Below are positions 12,001-23,640 of a stretch of DNA of 59,355 bases, piece after piece. This DNA is from Macrostomum lignano (Eukaryota): assembly GCA_002269645.1 (NCBI GenBank), contig NIVC01004122.1, positions 1 to 59,355 of the forward strand, read 5' to 3'. A program made the translations under genes and the position numbers. The number at the start of each line of letters is the position of its first letter. Position 1 is the first letter of the stretch. The notes under the pieces are model-generated. The model ran no database searches. It saw only the letters and a list, made by a program, of their open reading frames with translations, and had not been told where the DNA came from.

Positions 12001-14833
12001 TAGTCATATCATACCCAAACGGTAAGTCGCATTCAACACGCAGGTCGTCCAGTTTCTGTTTATAGAGCGTGGCAGTGGTGCGATCGCCCTGCAGGCAGTG
12101 CTCAATGACCAGGAAAGCGTACATTATCGGCCATTGGCATTCGATTGCTTCGAAGCTTTTCAACTCTCCGTGACTGTATAGGGCGCCTCGGCTGGGCTCC
12201 AGCACTGTGCCGTAGCCGTCTCTGCCAATCAGAAACTTTGTTCATGTATTGTTGCTAATCAATCAGATATTAAACAATTATTGTATAATATTAGCGGCCT
12301 TGGTAAATTTACATTTCCAGGGTCAAACAGGCAAGTTAAAGCCGATCCGAAGCCTAGCTGCAGTGTCAAGCTATAGTCATCTACAGTCAAGCTACTCTGC
12401 CTACTCTCTGAGGTACTCTACCTATTCTAGGCTACTCTACCGACCTACTCTTTGAGCTACTCTACCGACCTACTCTAAGCTATTCTACCTACCTACTCTC
12501 TGAGCTACTCTATCGACCTACTCTAAGCTACTCAACCTACCTACTCTAAGCTACTCAACCTACCTACTCTAAGCTACTCAATCTACCTACTCTGAGCTAC
12601 TCAACCTACCTACTCTGAGCTACTCAACCTACCTACTCTAAGCTACTCAACCTACCTACTCTAAGCTACTCAACCTACCTACTCTGAGCTACTCAACCTA
12701 CCTACTCTGAGCTACTCAACCTACCTACTCTAAGCTACTCAACCTACCTACTCTTTGAGCTACTCAACCTACCTATTCTAAGCTACTCAACCTACCTACT
12801 CTAAGCTACCGCAGGCAACGCAACAATACCCAGAGAAAAATCGCAGCACGAGCCTCACCTCGAGAACCGTTTAAAGCCGTACTCGCCGCGAAATCTGGAG
12901 AAAATATTGTGCAGAGCGGTCTTCCTAACCGGCTCGTGTGTGGCGTGCCCCGGCCAGCACAGGGTGGGTATCAGGGCACTGTCACAGCCCTTGCTGGCGC
13001 TCTCCCTTGGCAACAGATTGGTGAGAATGATCCGATTCCTAGAATGAGCATCAATGTCAACGTGGATCACGGTGGTGTGATCGCCAGACTGGCCGAACAC
13101 GTTAAAACTGTTGGCTGCTTCGAGCGCGGCTTTGGCGAAGCCAACGGAGCTGGCGTGCAGCTCTACGCTGCCAGTGTTCTGCTTGGTGCCGCGCTCCCAC
13201 ATGCCGAAGTCCGGGATGCGGTAGGCCCGCTCCAGGTAGAATATCAGGTTCTGGAATACGCTCACCTGCATGGGCGGAATAGGGATTCTATTAGGCGGGA
13301 TAAGGGGATGATAGAATTATCAGCTTATGGAAGAATGAATGATAAAGTAGGAAGCGTCCGGACTTCTCAGGTTGTCAGGACATTCCATGGGGGAGCACAC
13401 GGGATGAAGGGAGACTGTCTCAGGACATTCCATGGGGGAGCACACGGGATGAAGGGAGACTGTCTCAGGACATCCCATGGGGGAGCACACGGGATGAAGG
13501 GAGACTGTCTCAGGACATTCCATGGGGGAGCACACGGGATGAAGGGAGACTGTCTCAGGAAATCCCATGGGGGAGCACACGGGATGAAGGGAGACTGTCT
13601 CAGGAAATCCCATGGGGGAGCACACGGGATGAAGGGAGACTGTCTCAGGAAATCCCATGGGGAAGCACACGGGATGAAGACAGGCTGTCTCAGGACATTC
13701 CATGGGGGAGCACACGGGATGAAGGGAGACTGTCTCTGGACATCCCATGGGGGAGCACACGGGATGAAGGGAGACTGTCTCAGGACATCCCATGGGGGAG
13801 CACACGGGATGAAGGGAGACTGTCTCAGGACATTCCATGGGGGAGCACACGGGATGAAGGGAGACTGTCTCAGGACATCCCATGGGGGAGCACACGGGAT
13901 GAAGGGAGGCTGTCTCAGGACATCCCATGGGGGAGCACACGGGATGAAGGGAGACTGTCTCAGGACATCCCATGGGGGAGCACACGGGATGAAGGGAGAC
14001 TGTCTCAGGACATCCCATGTGAAGGGAGACTGTCTCAGGACATTCCATGGGGGAGCACACGGGATGAAGGGAGACTGTCTCAGGACATCCCATGGGGGAG
14101 CACACGGGATGAAGGGAGACTGTCTCATGACATCACATGGGGGAGCATACGGGATGAAGGGAGGCTGTCTCAGGACATCCTATCGCACACGATACGAAGA
14201 GGCTATCTTGAGATATCTCAGACAGAAGCCAACAAACCTCAGTTTTAGTGTGCACGATCTCCATTCCTGAGCTGATCATCTGCACACTCATTAGCACAAA
14301 CAGCGCAATGCAGTCCAGCTGATGATGCTGATAGGTGCTGAATGCGCTGTCGGTCAGTTCCCGACCTGTTCGGTAATCGAACAGCGTCAACAGGCAGTTC
14401 TTCGGACACTGCTGCACTTTAAAAGCTTCCAGCCTGTCAGTCTGCGACATCCAAAACGCTAGCAGGGAGCGCATGCACTTCAATGCGCGCTGCCGCAGCT
14501 CCCAGCAACGGCCGCTGTCTCGGTCAGTTTTCCTATAGACCTGGGCCAGGGCCCAGATGCTAGTGGCAATGTAAATGTTATCCCTGGCGTGTCCGGCTGG
14601 CCCCCGGATCCCGGATACAATGGGAACAGTCCGCTAATGGGATGCTGATAAGCCAGAATGTGATCAGCGCACTGGCGATAGAATCCTTCCAGAGCCGCGT
14701 CGTCGTATTTTGGCAGATCGTTGCTTAGAATGGCGAAAACTGCGTCATCGACTGAGGTGTTGGCGTTGGACGCCGGCGCTGGAGGCCCGCCAGCCACTGC
14801 GGCTGCTGCTGCAGCAATAACTGCACTAGCCAT
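6033..14833 (-). CDS. PHKB: Phosphorylase b kinase regulatory subunit beta, 9 exons, ~1100 aa
   Basis: GT-AG exons: 14238-14833, 12859-13265, 12015-12221, 11090-11465 (acceptor approximate), 10548-10772, 8915-9398, 7812-8254, 6889-7133, 6033-6360. Diagnostic motifs are YQHPISGLFP, ERAYRIPDFGMWERG, LLPRES, GFKRF.RDGY, LGLSGRP.RPIG, QRRIDG and the C-terminal CAAX box CLMS. The exons total 3311 nt, i.e. one base is missing, most likely in the G5 run at 14601-14605. Confidence 0.95.
6495..6865. repeat. PHKB intron 8 minisatellite, 21-bp unit ATACCCAATCTAACAGATCCC
   Basis: About 17 tandem copies. Confidence 0.95.
7215..7760. repeat. PHKB intron 7 minisatellite, 15-17-bp unit (C/T)AGTGATCCCATCTGT
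   Basis: More than 30 tandem copies. Confidence 0.95.
8365..8865. repeat. PHKB intron 6 composite minisatellite: 23-bp CAGGGTTCTCAGGGTCACGTGTG then 23-bp CAGGGTAGCATGTACAGGAACTT
   Basis: Two adjacent related arrays at 8365-8670 and 8690-8865. Confidence 0.93.
9770..10335. repeat. PHKB intron 5: four diverged tandem copies of a ~130-140-bp unit
   Basis: CCGCGTCTTTCC.CACAAAATCTCTACCCCC..TTTTTATTGCC recurs four times. Confidence 0.85.
10790..11010. repeat. PHKB intron 4 minisatellite (GGGCGATTATT core, 23-30-bp units)
   Basis: Tandem copies of GGACATTGGAGGGCGATTATTT and GGCGATTATTAAGGAAAATGGA. Confidence 0.85.
11500..11965. repeat. PHKB intron 3 minisatellite, ~16-bp unit GGATTAGGGACTGGGT containing TTAGGG
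   Basis: About 28 degenerate tandem copies. Confidence 0.92.
12400..12810. repeat. PHKB intron 2 minisatellite, 23-bp unit CTACTCAACCTACCTACTCTAAG
   Basis: Tandem copies. Confidence 0.93.
13365..14180. repeat. PHKB intron 1 minisatellite, 45-bp unit CATGGGGGAGCACACGGGATGAAGGGAGACTGTCTCAGGACATCC, ~18 copies
   Basis: Near-perfect tandem copies. Confidence 0.97.
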
Positions 14834-14989
14834 GCGCTAAATGAAATTATTCAATACAATCTTATGGCAGCACTTTTTGGTGAGTGAGATGCAGAATCGG
14901 CGCATGAATTTTCGAGACAATTCAATGTTTTGACTTGCTAAACTTTATATTATAGAAACTATTTTCACTTCTACTATTAGCACTACTAA

Positions 14990-15890
14990 TTGGGCGATAC
15001 TCACGGATGTTTTGGGGCGATTCTCACGGATGTTTTGGGGCGATTCTCAGGGATGATTTGGGGCGATTCTCACGGATGTTTTGGGGCGATTCTCAGGGAT
15101 GATTTGGGGCGATTCTCACGGTTGTTTTGGGGCGATTCTCGGTGATAATTGGGGCGATTCTCGGTGATGATTGGGGGCGATTCTCGGTGATGATTGGGGG
15201 CGATTCTCGGTGATGATTGGGGGCGATTCTCAGGGATGATTGGGGGCGATTCTCAGGGATGATTGGGGGCGATTCTCAGGGATGATTGGGGGCGATTCTC
15301 AGGGATGATTGGGGGCGATTCTCAGGGATGATTGGGGCGATTCTCAGGGATGATTGGGGGCGATTCTCAGTGATGATTGGGGGCGATTCTCGGTGATGAT
15401 TGGGGGCGATTCTCGGTGATGATTGGGGCGATTCTCGGTGATGATTCGGGGCGATTCTCGGTGATGATTGGGGGCGATTCTCAGGGATGATTGGGGGATT
15501 CTCGGTGATGATTGGGGGCGATTCTCAGGGATGATTGGGGGAGATTCTCGGTGATGATTGGGGCGATTCTCAGGGATGATTGGGGGAGATTCTCGGTGAT
15601 GATTGGGGCGATTCTCGGTGATGATTGGGGGCGATTCTCGGTGATGATTGGGGGCGATTCTCGGTGATGATTGGGGGCGATTCTCAGGGATGATTGGGGG
15701 CGATTCTCAGGGATGATTGGGGGCGATTCTCAGGGATGATTGGGGGCGATTCTCAGGGATGATTGGGGGCGATTCTCAGGGATGATTGGGGGCGATTCTT
15801 GAATATGATTGGGGCTGACTCTCGGTGATGATTGGGGGCAATTCTTGAATATGATTGAGGGCGATTCTCACGGATGTTTTGGGGCGATTG
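14990..15890. repeat. G-rich minisatellite, ~24-bp unit GGGGGCGATTCTCAGGGATGATT, upstream of PHKB
   Basis: About 38 tandem copies. Confidence 0.95.
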
Positions 15891-16584
15891 ATTTAAAGTC
15901 TTACAAGAGTGATTCTAATTAGGCTGCTAGCTGCTAAACTTTGAATAGAATTAGTTTTAACTTAGCGAATATGCATGCAAAAACTAGAATATAAACAAAT
16001 GAAATTACATTTGAAAAAACCTACTGAATTAACCATAACTTTTTGCTTCTGTTTCAAGAAGAACTGAGCCAGCTGCTAATACCAATATATTTCATAAATT
16101 AAAAAAGCGACGATGGTTTAGTTAAGGTTGGTAGGTAAAAATGAGTTAAAAAGCGGTTAAAATACAGATTGAATAATAATAAACAGAGCTATACCGCCTG
16201 TAACAGTAGGGAGAAGTTTAAAAATATAAATAGATCGCGCGCGCAACTTGCAGTTGAGCCGAAAGCGTTACGGTTAATTAACAAAATAACAGAAGCAGAT
16301 TCAGATCAAGCCAAATACAAAGCAAAAAACTTACAAGCAGGCAGGCAGGCAGGCTAGAACAGATGAGCTAGAGAAGTTGCAAATGATACATAATATAATA
16401 TAGCAGTAAAGCAAACGGAGAGCCAATTAAAGCGAAAAGCAACATAGTTTACAGATAATCATTAACTTAATTAATTATTGGCTAGCAGAAATAAAGCACT
16501 GAACAAAATTTCTTTTTAACATTAGACTCCTTTTCAAATGGCTTTTGCGCACACAAATTGCCAGATTGAAGGGGTTTTAATAAG

Positions 16585-17575
16585 CGAGACAATGTAATTA
16601 ATGAGATCTAGGGGTGAGACAATGTAATTAATGAGATCCAGGGGCGAGACAATGTAATTAATGAGATCTAGGGATGAGAAAATGTAATTAATGAGATCCA
16701 GGGGTGAGACAATGTAATTAATGAGATCCAGGGGCGAGACAATGTAATTAATGAGATCCAGGGGTGAGACAATGTAATTAATGAGATCCAGGGGTGAGAC
16801 AATGTAATTAAAAAGATCCAGGGGTGAGACAATGTAATTAGAGAGATCCAGGGGCGAGACAATGTAATTAATGAGATCCAGGGGTGAGACAATGTAATTA
16901 ATGAGATCCAGGGGTGAGACAATGTAATTAAAAAGATCCAGGGGTGAGACAATGTAATTAGAGAGATCCAGGGGTGAGACAATGTAATTAGAGAGATCCA
17001 GGGATGAGACAATCTAATTAGAGAGATCCAGGGGTGAGACAATGTAATTAGAGAGATCCAGGGGTGAGACAATCTAATTAGAGAAATCCAGGGGTGAGAC
17101 AATGTAATTAGAGAGATCCAGGAATGAGAAAATCGAATCAGAGAGGGATTCAGTGGTGAGACAATCGAATCAGAGAGAGAGATACAGGGGTGAGACAATC
17201 GAATCAGAGAGAGATTCAGGGGTGAGACAATCGAATCAGAGAGAGATTCAGTGGTGAGACAATCGAATCAAAGAAAGATTCAGGGGTGAGACAATGGAAT
17301 CAAAGAGAGATTCAGGGGTGAGACAATCGAATCAAAGAGAGAGATACAGGGGTGAGACAATCGAATCAGAGAGAGATTCAGTGGTGAGACAATCGAATCA
17401 AAGAAAGATTCAGGGGTGAGACAATCGAATCAGAGAGAGATTCAGTGGTGAGACAATCGAATCAAAGAAAGATTCAGGGGTGAGACAATGGAATCAAAGA
17501 GAGATACAGGGGTGAGACAATCGAATCAGAGAGAGAGATTCAGTGGTGAGACAATCGAATCAGAGAGAGATTTAA
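16585..17575. repeat. Composite minisatellite: 30-bp ATGAGATCCAGGGGTGAGACAATGTAATTA grading into ~32-bp GAATCAGAGAGAGATTCAGGGGTGAGACAATC
   Basis: Both units share the GGGGTGAGACAAT core; the unit switches near 17120. Confidence 0.95.
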
Positions 17576-18114
17576 AGAGAATAGAGTTTATAAAACAGAG
17601 GCATAGCAATGAAAATGCTTTATCCATATTAATGAATTTACTGGCATACAGAAAGAGCCGTTTTCAACGCACGCACCTATTAAGAAGCTGCGGTGTAAAT
17701 GCGCAACCTGCAGAACTGAAAGGCGTACACGATCGGCCCGTGACGGAGCACGCATCGTATATGATTAACAAATTTAAAATAACAAGCAAAATATAACCCG
17801 AAAGCAACTAATAAGCTAGCTAATAAATATTGGGAAAAATAGGAGAGAAAGCCTTTTTTAAAACTAGTATGGGAAATTTTAAAAAAATTTCGTTGACTCA
17901 GAAGGTGAAATAATTAAATAAGAAATCGCAAATTCCAGGTCGGCACGCAGAAAATCAGGCCAGAATTCAGAACAGCAAACTGGGAGCTTGTATAAAAATA
18001 TATAGTGAGTTAGCAATTAATGGATGGCAGGGGAAGCGACAAACGGAATTGGGGATTTGGGATTTTAGTTGAGGAAAAGGATTCTGGGTGAATGAAAAAG
18101 CGATGGACAAGAAA

Positions 18115-18725
18115 CGAAGCGAAGGGAGAGGGTGAGAATTGGCAGACAGAGGGTGAGAATCGGAGAGGGAGGGGGAGAATTGGAGGGAGAGGGTGAGAAT
18201 CAGCAGACAGAGGGTGAGATCGGAGAGGAAGGGGGAGAATGGGAGGGAGAGGGTGAGAATCGGAGGGAGAGGGTGAGAATGGGAGGGAGAGGGAGAATCG
18301 GAGGGAGAGGGTGAGAATTGGAGAGGGAGGGGGAGAATTGGAGGGAGAGGGTGAGAATGGGAGGGAGATGGGGAGAATCGGAGGGAGAGGGTGAGAATTG
18401 GCAGACAGAGTGTGAGAATCGGAGGGAGAGGGTGAGAATCGGAGGAGAGGGTGAGAATCGGAGAAGGTGAGAATCGGCAGACAGAGGGTGAGAATGGGCA
18501 GACAGAGGGTGAGAATCGGCGGACAGAGGGTGAGAATCGGCACACAGAGGGTGAGAATCAGCAGACAGAGGGTGAGAATCAGTAGACAGAGGGTGAGAAT
18601 CGGCAGACGGAGGGTGAGAATCAGCAGACAGAGGGTGAGAATCAGTAGACAGAGGGTGAGAATCAGCAGACGGAGGGTGAGAATCAGCAGACAGAGGGTG
18701 AGAATCGGAGGGTGAGAATCGGCAA
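18115..18725. repeat. Purine-rich minisatellite, ~21-bp unit GAGGGTGAGAATC(GGCAGACA/GGAGGGA)
   Basis: Tandem copies immediately downstream of the tandem-RING gene stop. Confidence 0.93.
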
Positions 18726-18750
18726 ACAAGCAACACTAAAATGAGCTCAG

Positions 18751-20127
18751 TCAGATGATGCGCAGCAGACTCGAGTAGAAACAATAGCCGTAGAAATCGC
18801 CATCGGCCAGCCGACGAATGCTCATAAATCTGAGATAGCCGAGCAGGCTGTTTACGTCCAATGGTAGCGCTGGAGAAGACTCGTCAGCGGTGGCGGCGGC
18901 GACGCCGGCGGAGTCGACAGTAGCATGACGGCGCAATGGTCTGCGATGCTGATGCTGATCTACGAGAAGGCCGGAGTACTGAGCGGCAGCGGCGGCGGCG
19001 GCAGTTAAAACTGGCTGCTGCTGTTGCTGTCTATTATTACTACTATGAGTAGTACTATTAGTATTCGTATTACCAACGCGAATAGTGCGCAGTAGTCGGC
19101 GAGATCCGATGCGGGGCCAGATTCGAATAGAATCGAACGGCAGACGATCCAACGGGCAGGTGGCGCTGCTGCGAGACCATTGCCGAAGGCAGGCGGGACA
19201 GTAGGAGTGATCGCAGCAGTCTGGGCTGGCGCACTCGCCAACTATGGTCTCCTGGCAGATTGGACAGGCAAAACTGCGATCAGCTGGCAGCTGCTGGATC
19301 ACCTTGCCGCCAACCTGCGGATAGGGTAGGTATGGATTTATACTTGTAGATGATTGACAGGTAATTAGGGGAATTCTAATTAATGATTGACAGGTAATTG
19401 GGGGAATTCTAATCAATGATTGACAGGTGATTGGGGGAATTCTAATCAATGATTGACAGGTGATTGGGTGAGTTCTAATCAATGATTGACAGGTGATTGG
19501 GTGAGTTCTAATCAATGATTGACAGGTGATTGGGTGAGTTCTAATCAATGATTGACAGGTGATTTAGGGGGATTCTAATCAATGGTGATGGAGATTTTTA
19601 ATTATGGTGGATATCTAATAATTAAAGATAACAGGTGATATCTAATCAACAATTGACTGGTTGATGGGGGAGATAAGGGGAGTTAAGGACTTAAAGAATT
19701 AAACGAAAAAACCGCTCACCTCTCTACGAATGAAGATAGTAGTGAAGGCCCGTTTGCAGGCCTCCATAGGGCAGGCCAGGCGGCGCGGTCCGGCACCGGA
19801 CTTCTGTTGCAAATCCAGCCAGTTGTTGAGACAGATCAGATGAAAATTGTGACCCGGACACGACTCCGGGCTGGCCAGCTCCCCGGTGAGAGCTTCAGCG
19901 CACAGCGAGCACTGTCTAGTGGAGTCCAAGCGAGACTGGAAGCTGCCCAGGACAACGCAGCGACGCTTCGACCTGCGAAGAGACGGACCAGGCGATGCCG
20001 GCTTCGGAGACGTTCGCTGCGCAGACGGTGAGTCGTTTATCTGATGGCTACGTCGTTTCCTTGATAATGGCGACTTTGGCGGCGGCTGCGTCCCTGCTGA
20101 CGGCAACAGCTTTGATCTGGTTGCCAT
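18751..20127 (-). CDS. Tandem RING-finger protein (atypical RING-H2 + RING-HC), 323 aa, putative E3 ligase
   Basis: Exons 19720-20127 and 18751-19314 join in frame through a GT-AG intron. Motifs are CSLC..SCPGHNFHLIC..CPMEAC and CPIC..CCDHSYCPAC..CPLDR, with a basic N-terminus (RKRR, RRSKRR). Confidence 0.88.
19345..19585. repeat. Intronic minisatellite, 33-bp unit AATGATTGACAGGTGATTGGGTGAGTTCTAATC
   Basis: About 7 copies in intron 19315-19719. Confidence 0.92.
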
Positions 20128-20209
20128 TGGCGACTGGCAGCAACGGGAGAGGCGACAGCGACGGCTGCTACTAATATTGCCGCTGTTTCTGAAATAGTTG
20201 GAAAGAAAT

Positions 20210-21510
20210 TTGATTGCAGATTGGGGATATGTGGTTGCAGATTGGGATATGTGGTTACAGATTGGGATATGTGGTTACAGATTGGGAATATGTAGTTACA
20301 GATTGGGGATATGTAGTTACAGATTGGGGATATGTAGTTACAGATTGGGGATATGTAGTTGCAGATTGGGGATATGTAGTTACAGATTGGGGATATGTAG
20401 TTACAGATTGGGGATATGTAGTTACAGATTGGGGATATGTAGTTGCAGATTGGGGATATGTAGTTACAGATTGGGGATATGTAGTTACAGATTGGGATAT
20501 GTAGTTACAGATTGGGATATGTGGTTACAGATTGGGATATGTGGTTACAGATTGGGATATGTGGTTACAGATTGGGATATGTGGTTGCAGATTGGGATAT
20601 GTAGTTGCAGATTGGGGATATGCAGTTACAGATTGGGGATATGTGGTTACAGATTGGGATATGTGGTTACAGATTGGGGATATGTGAATGCTGATTGGCG
20701 GATATGTGATTGCAGATTGGGATATTTGGTTACAGCTTGGGGATATGTGGTTGCAGATTGGGATATTTGGTTACAGCTTGGGGATATGTAGTTACAGATT
20801 GGGGATATGTGGTTACAGATTGGGATATGTGGTTACAGATTGGGATATGTGGTTGCAGATTGGGATATGTAGTTGCAGATTGGGGATATGTGGTTACAGA
20901 TTGGGATATGTAGTTACAGATTGGGATATGTAGTTACAGATTGGGGATATGTGGTTGCAGATTAGGGATATGTGAATGCTGATTGGGGGATATGTGATTG
21001 CAGATTGGGGGATATGTAGGATATGTGGTTGCAGATTGGGGATATGTGGTTGCAGATTGGGGATATGTGAATGCTGATTGGGGATATGTGGTTACAGATT
21101 GGGGATATGTGAATGCTGATTGGGGATATGTGGTTACAGATTGGGGATATGTGAATGCTGATTGGGGATATGTAGTTGCAGATTGGGGATATGTAGTTGC
21201 AGATTGGTGATATGTGGTTGCAGATTGGGGATATGTAGTTACAGATTGGGGATATGTGGTTACAGATTGGGATATGTAGTTACAGATTGGGGATATGTGG
21301 TTACAGATTGGGATATGTGGTTACAGATTGGGAATATGTGGATGCTGATTGGCGGATATGTGGTTACAGATTGGGATATGTGGTTACAGATTGGGATATG
21401 TAGTTACAGATTGGGGATATGTGGTTACAGATTGGGATATGTGGTTACAGATTGGTGATATGTGGTTGCAGATTGGGGATATGTAGTTGCAGATCGGGGA
21501 TATTTGATTG
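20210..21510. repeat. Minisatellite, 20-21-bp unit GTTACAGATTGGG(G)ATATGT(A/G), ~60 copies
   Basis: Tandem copies begin just upstream of the AG acceptor at 20189. Confidence 0.96.
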
Positions 21511-22639
21511 CATAATAGGGATAAGTTTAATAGAGAACATATCCTAAATATTAGTTACACATTTTATAATGATCAGAATTTTTTTTCACTATTAGTATCT
21601 TACCTACATTACCCAAATTTTATCAACACTTTGGAGTCTGTCCTCTCATAATTTAGATTTACTATAGCTGTAGCCATCAAAACAAAAAGTATTAAAGATA
21701 AATAACATTTAATAGAAAAACAATGAAAAATATTTTAAAATCTTAAAGATTTTCAAGTATTCAAATAATTTAATTGCCTTTAATAATTCCATAAACTAAT
21801 TTCATCCTAATTCATATAATATTATTACTGGTAGAATTAATTTAATTTGATATATATGTTTAATGATAGAAGTGAACAATAAAACAAAAAATAATTAAAA
21901 CAACCAAGCTTAGTTTTTGTTTCATGAAACAATTGAAAAGATTCTTAAAAATAAAATTAAGAATAAATGATGACCCACAAACTATTTACCAAGTGAAAAC
22001 CAAGTGAAAGTTAATATTTATTATACATGTGCAACTGCTAGCCCACCTGGCCAATCTGGCCAGGGTAAATTATGGTAGACCAGGGGTAAGTTGCAAAAAT
22101 GACCCACAAAATAATAATATAGATATAGTACTAATTAGATGATTAGGCATTTAGCCCTAATAAGACAATCATATTACTCATGCCATTTATCCAAATTGTG
22201 TTAATTTTTGCATTAGGGTTTCTTTTGCAGATGATTCGCATTTTTTGTCAAAAAGTAAGCTGCATACTTAGTGTAAACTAGAGGGGTTGCATATGTATGA
22301 TATTCATTGAATGATAAATGTTTCTTTGCCTTATTAGCAAATATTTTATATAATGCTAATGTTTGTAATTAAAATATATTTAGTTTCCATTTACAAACAA
22401 AAATGATTGAAATATAGGCCTAGTTTAGGAAAATTTACATTTATACATAATGACAAGCCAACTCCTCCAATAGTAGAATAAGGGAATAGAACTCCCATTG
22501 CCAGAATTTCATTGTGAAATCCATCAGCTGAATCCCATAACCTAAATCTCATCTTCTAAATGCTTTCCAAATATTCTAAATATAACACCTCAAATACCAT
22601 ATCTTGTTTTCTATTTGCAAAAATTGATTGCCATCATCT

Positions 22640-23313
22640 AGACTGACTCTTACCTGTCTCTTCTTTGCTCTCTTATCTCTAGTCTCTCTTCTCTGCTCTC
22701 ATCTCCTCTATCAATTTTTACCCTCTTATCATTTTTTATCTTATCTCTTATCTCTACTCTCTGATCTCTAATCTATCCTCTCTGTACTCTTATATCTATT
22801 CTCTTCTTTCTCCTTACTACTTTTTCCTCTTTACCTTTTCTTCTCTCCTCTTTCATCTCTTATTTCTCCTCTCTCTCCCCTTATCTATACTCACTTCTCT
22901 TCTTTTTTGTCTTTTGGCTCTACTCTCTCTTTTCCTCTCTCCTCTGTTATCCCCTTTTCTTCTCTCCTATCTCATCTTTCCCTCTTCTCCACTTTCTCCT
23001 TTATCTCTCCTCTGCTTTCTTATTTCTCTTCTCATCTTTCTCTCCTGTTCTATATTTTTCTTTCTTATTTCTCATTTCTACTCACTTATCTCTTTTCTCT
23101 TATCTTTTGGCTCTATTCCCTCACGTCTTCTCTCCTATTTTTCTTCTCTCTCCGCTCTCTTATCTGCCTTCTCTTTTCTCCTATCTCATTTCTCCCATTT
23201 TCTCTTTTCACTTTTCTCCTCTCTCTTCTCTTGTCTTTTTCTTTCCTTTCTTGTCTCTCATCTCTCTTTTCTCATCTCTACTCTTTTATCTATTGTCTCT
23301 CATCTATCCTGTC

Positions 23314-23387
<74 letters not shown>

Positions 23388-23640
23388 GCTATCATTTTTT
23401 ATATCTCTTACTCAATATATTCTCTTTACCCTTTCCTTTTTTACCTCATCTTACCTTTCTGCTCCCCCTTTTTTCTTTCCTCTTAACTCCCTTATCTTTT
23501 CTCTAGCCTTACTCTCTTTTCTTCTATTTAATCTCTTAATTTAATTCTTTCTTCTCATGTTCCCTTTCCTTTAATATTATATTTCTTTTCCTTTTTGTCT
23601 CCTTTCATCTTTCCTTTTCTCTTTCTTCTATTCCCTTTCA
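22640..23640. repeat. CT-rich low-complexity tract with a pure (CT)n core at ~23317-23378
   Basis: Almost exclusively pyrimidines on the + strand. Confidence 0.93.

Noticed and set aside
2891-21458. Long periodic ORFs over tandem arrays (e.g. 12909-14270, 4577-5479, 16668-17198, 17967-18784, 20198-20791)
   Set aside because: They are stop-free by-products of repeats, open in several frames and strands, and mostly lie inside well-supported introns.
2950-21510. Regular 20-45-bp repeats as possible CRISPR arrays
   Set aside because: The units are contiguous with no unique spacers, there are no cas genes, and the context is spliced eukaryotic genes.
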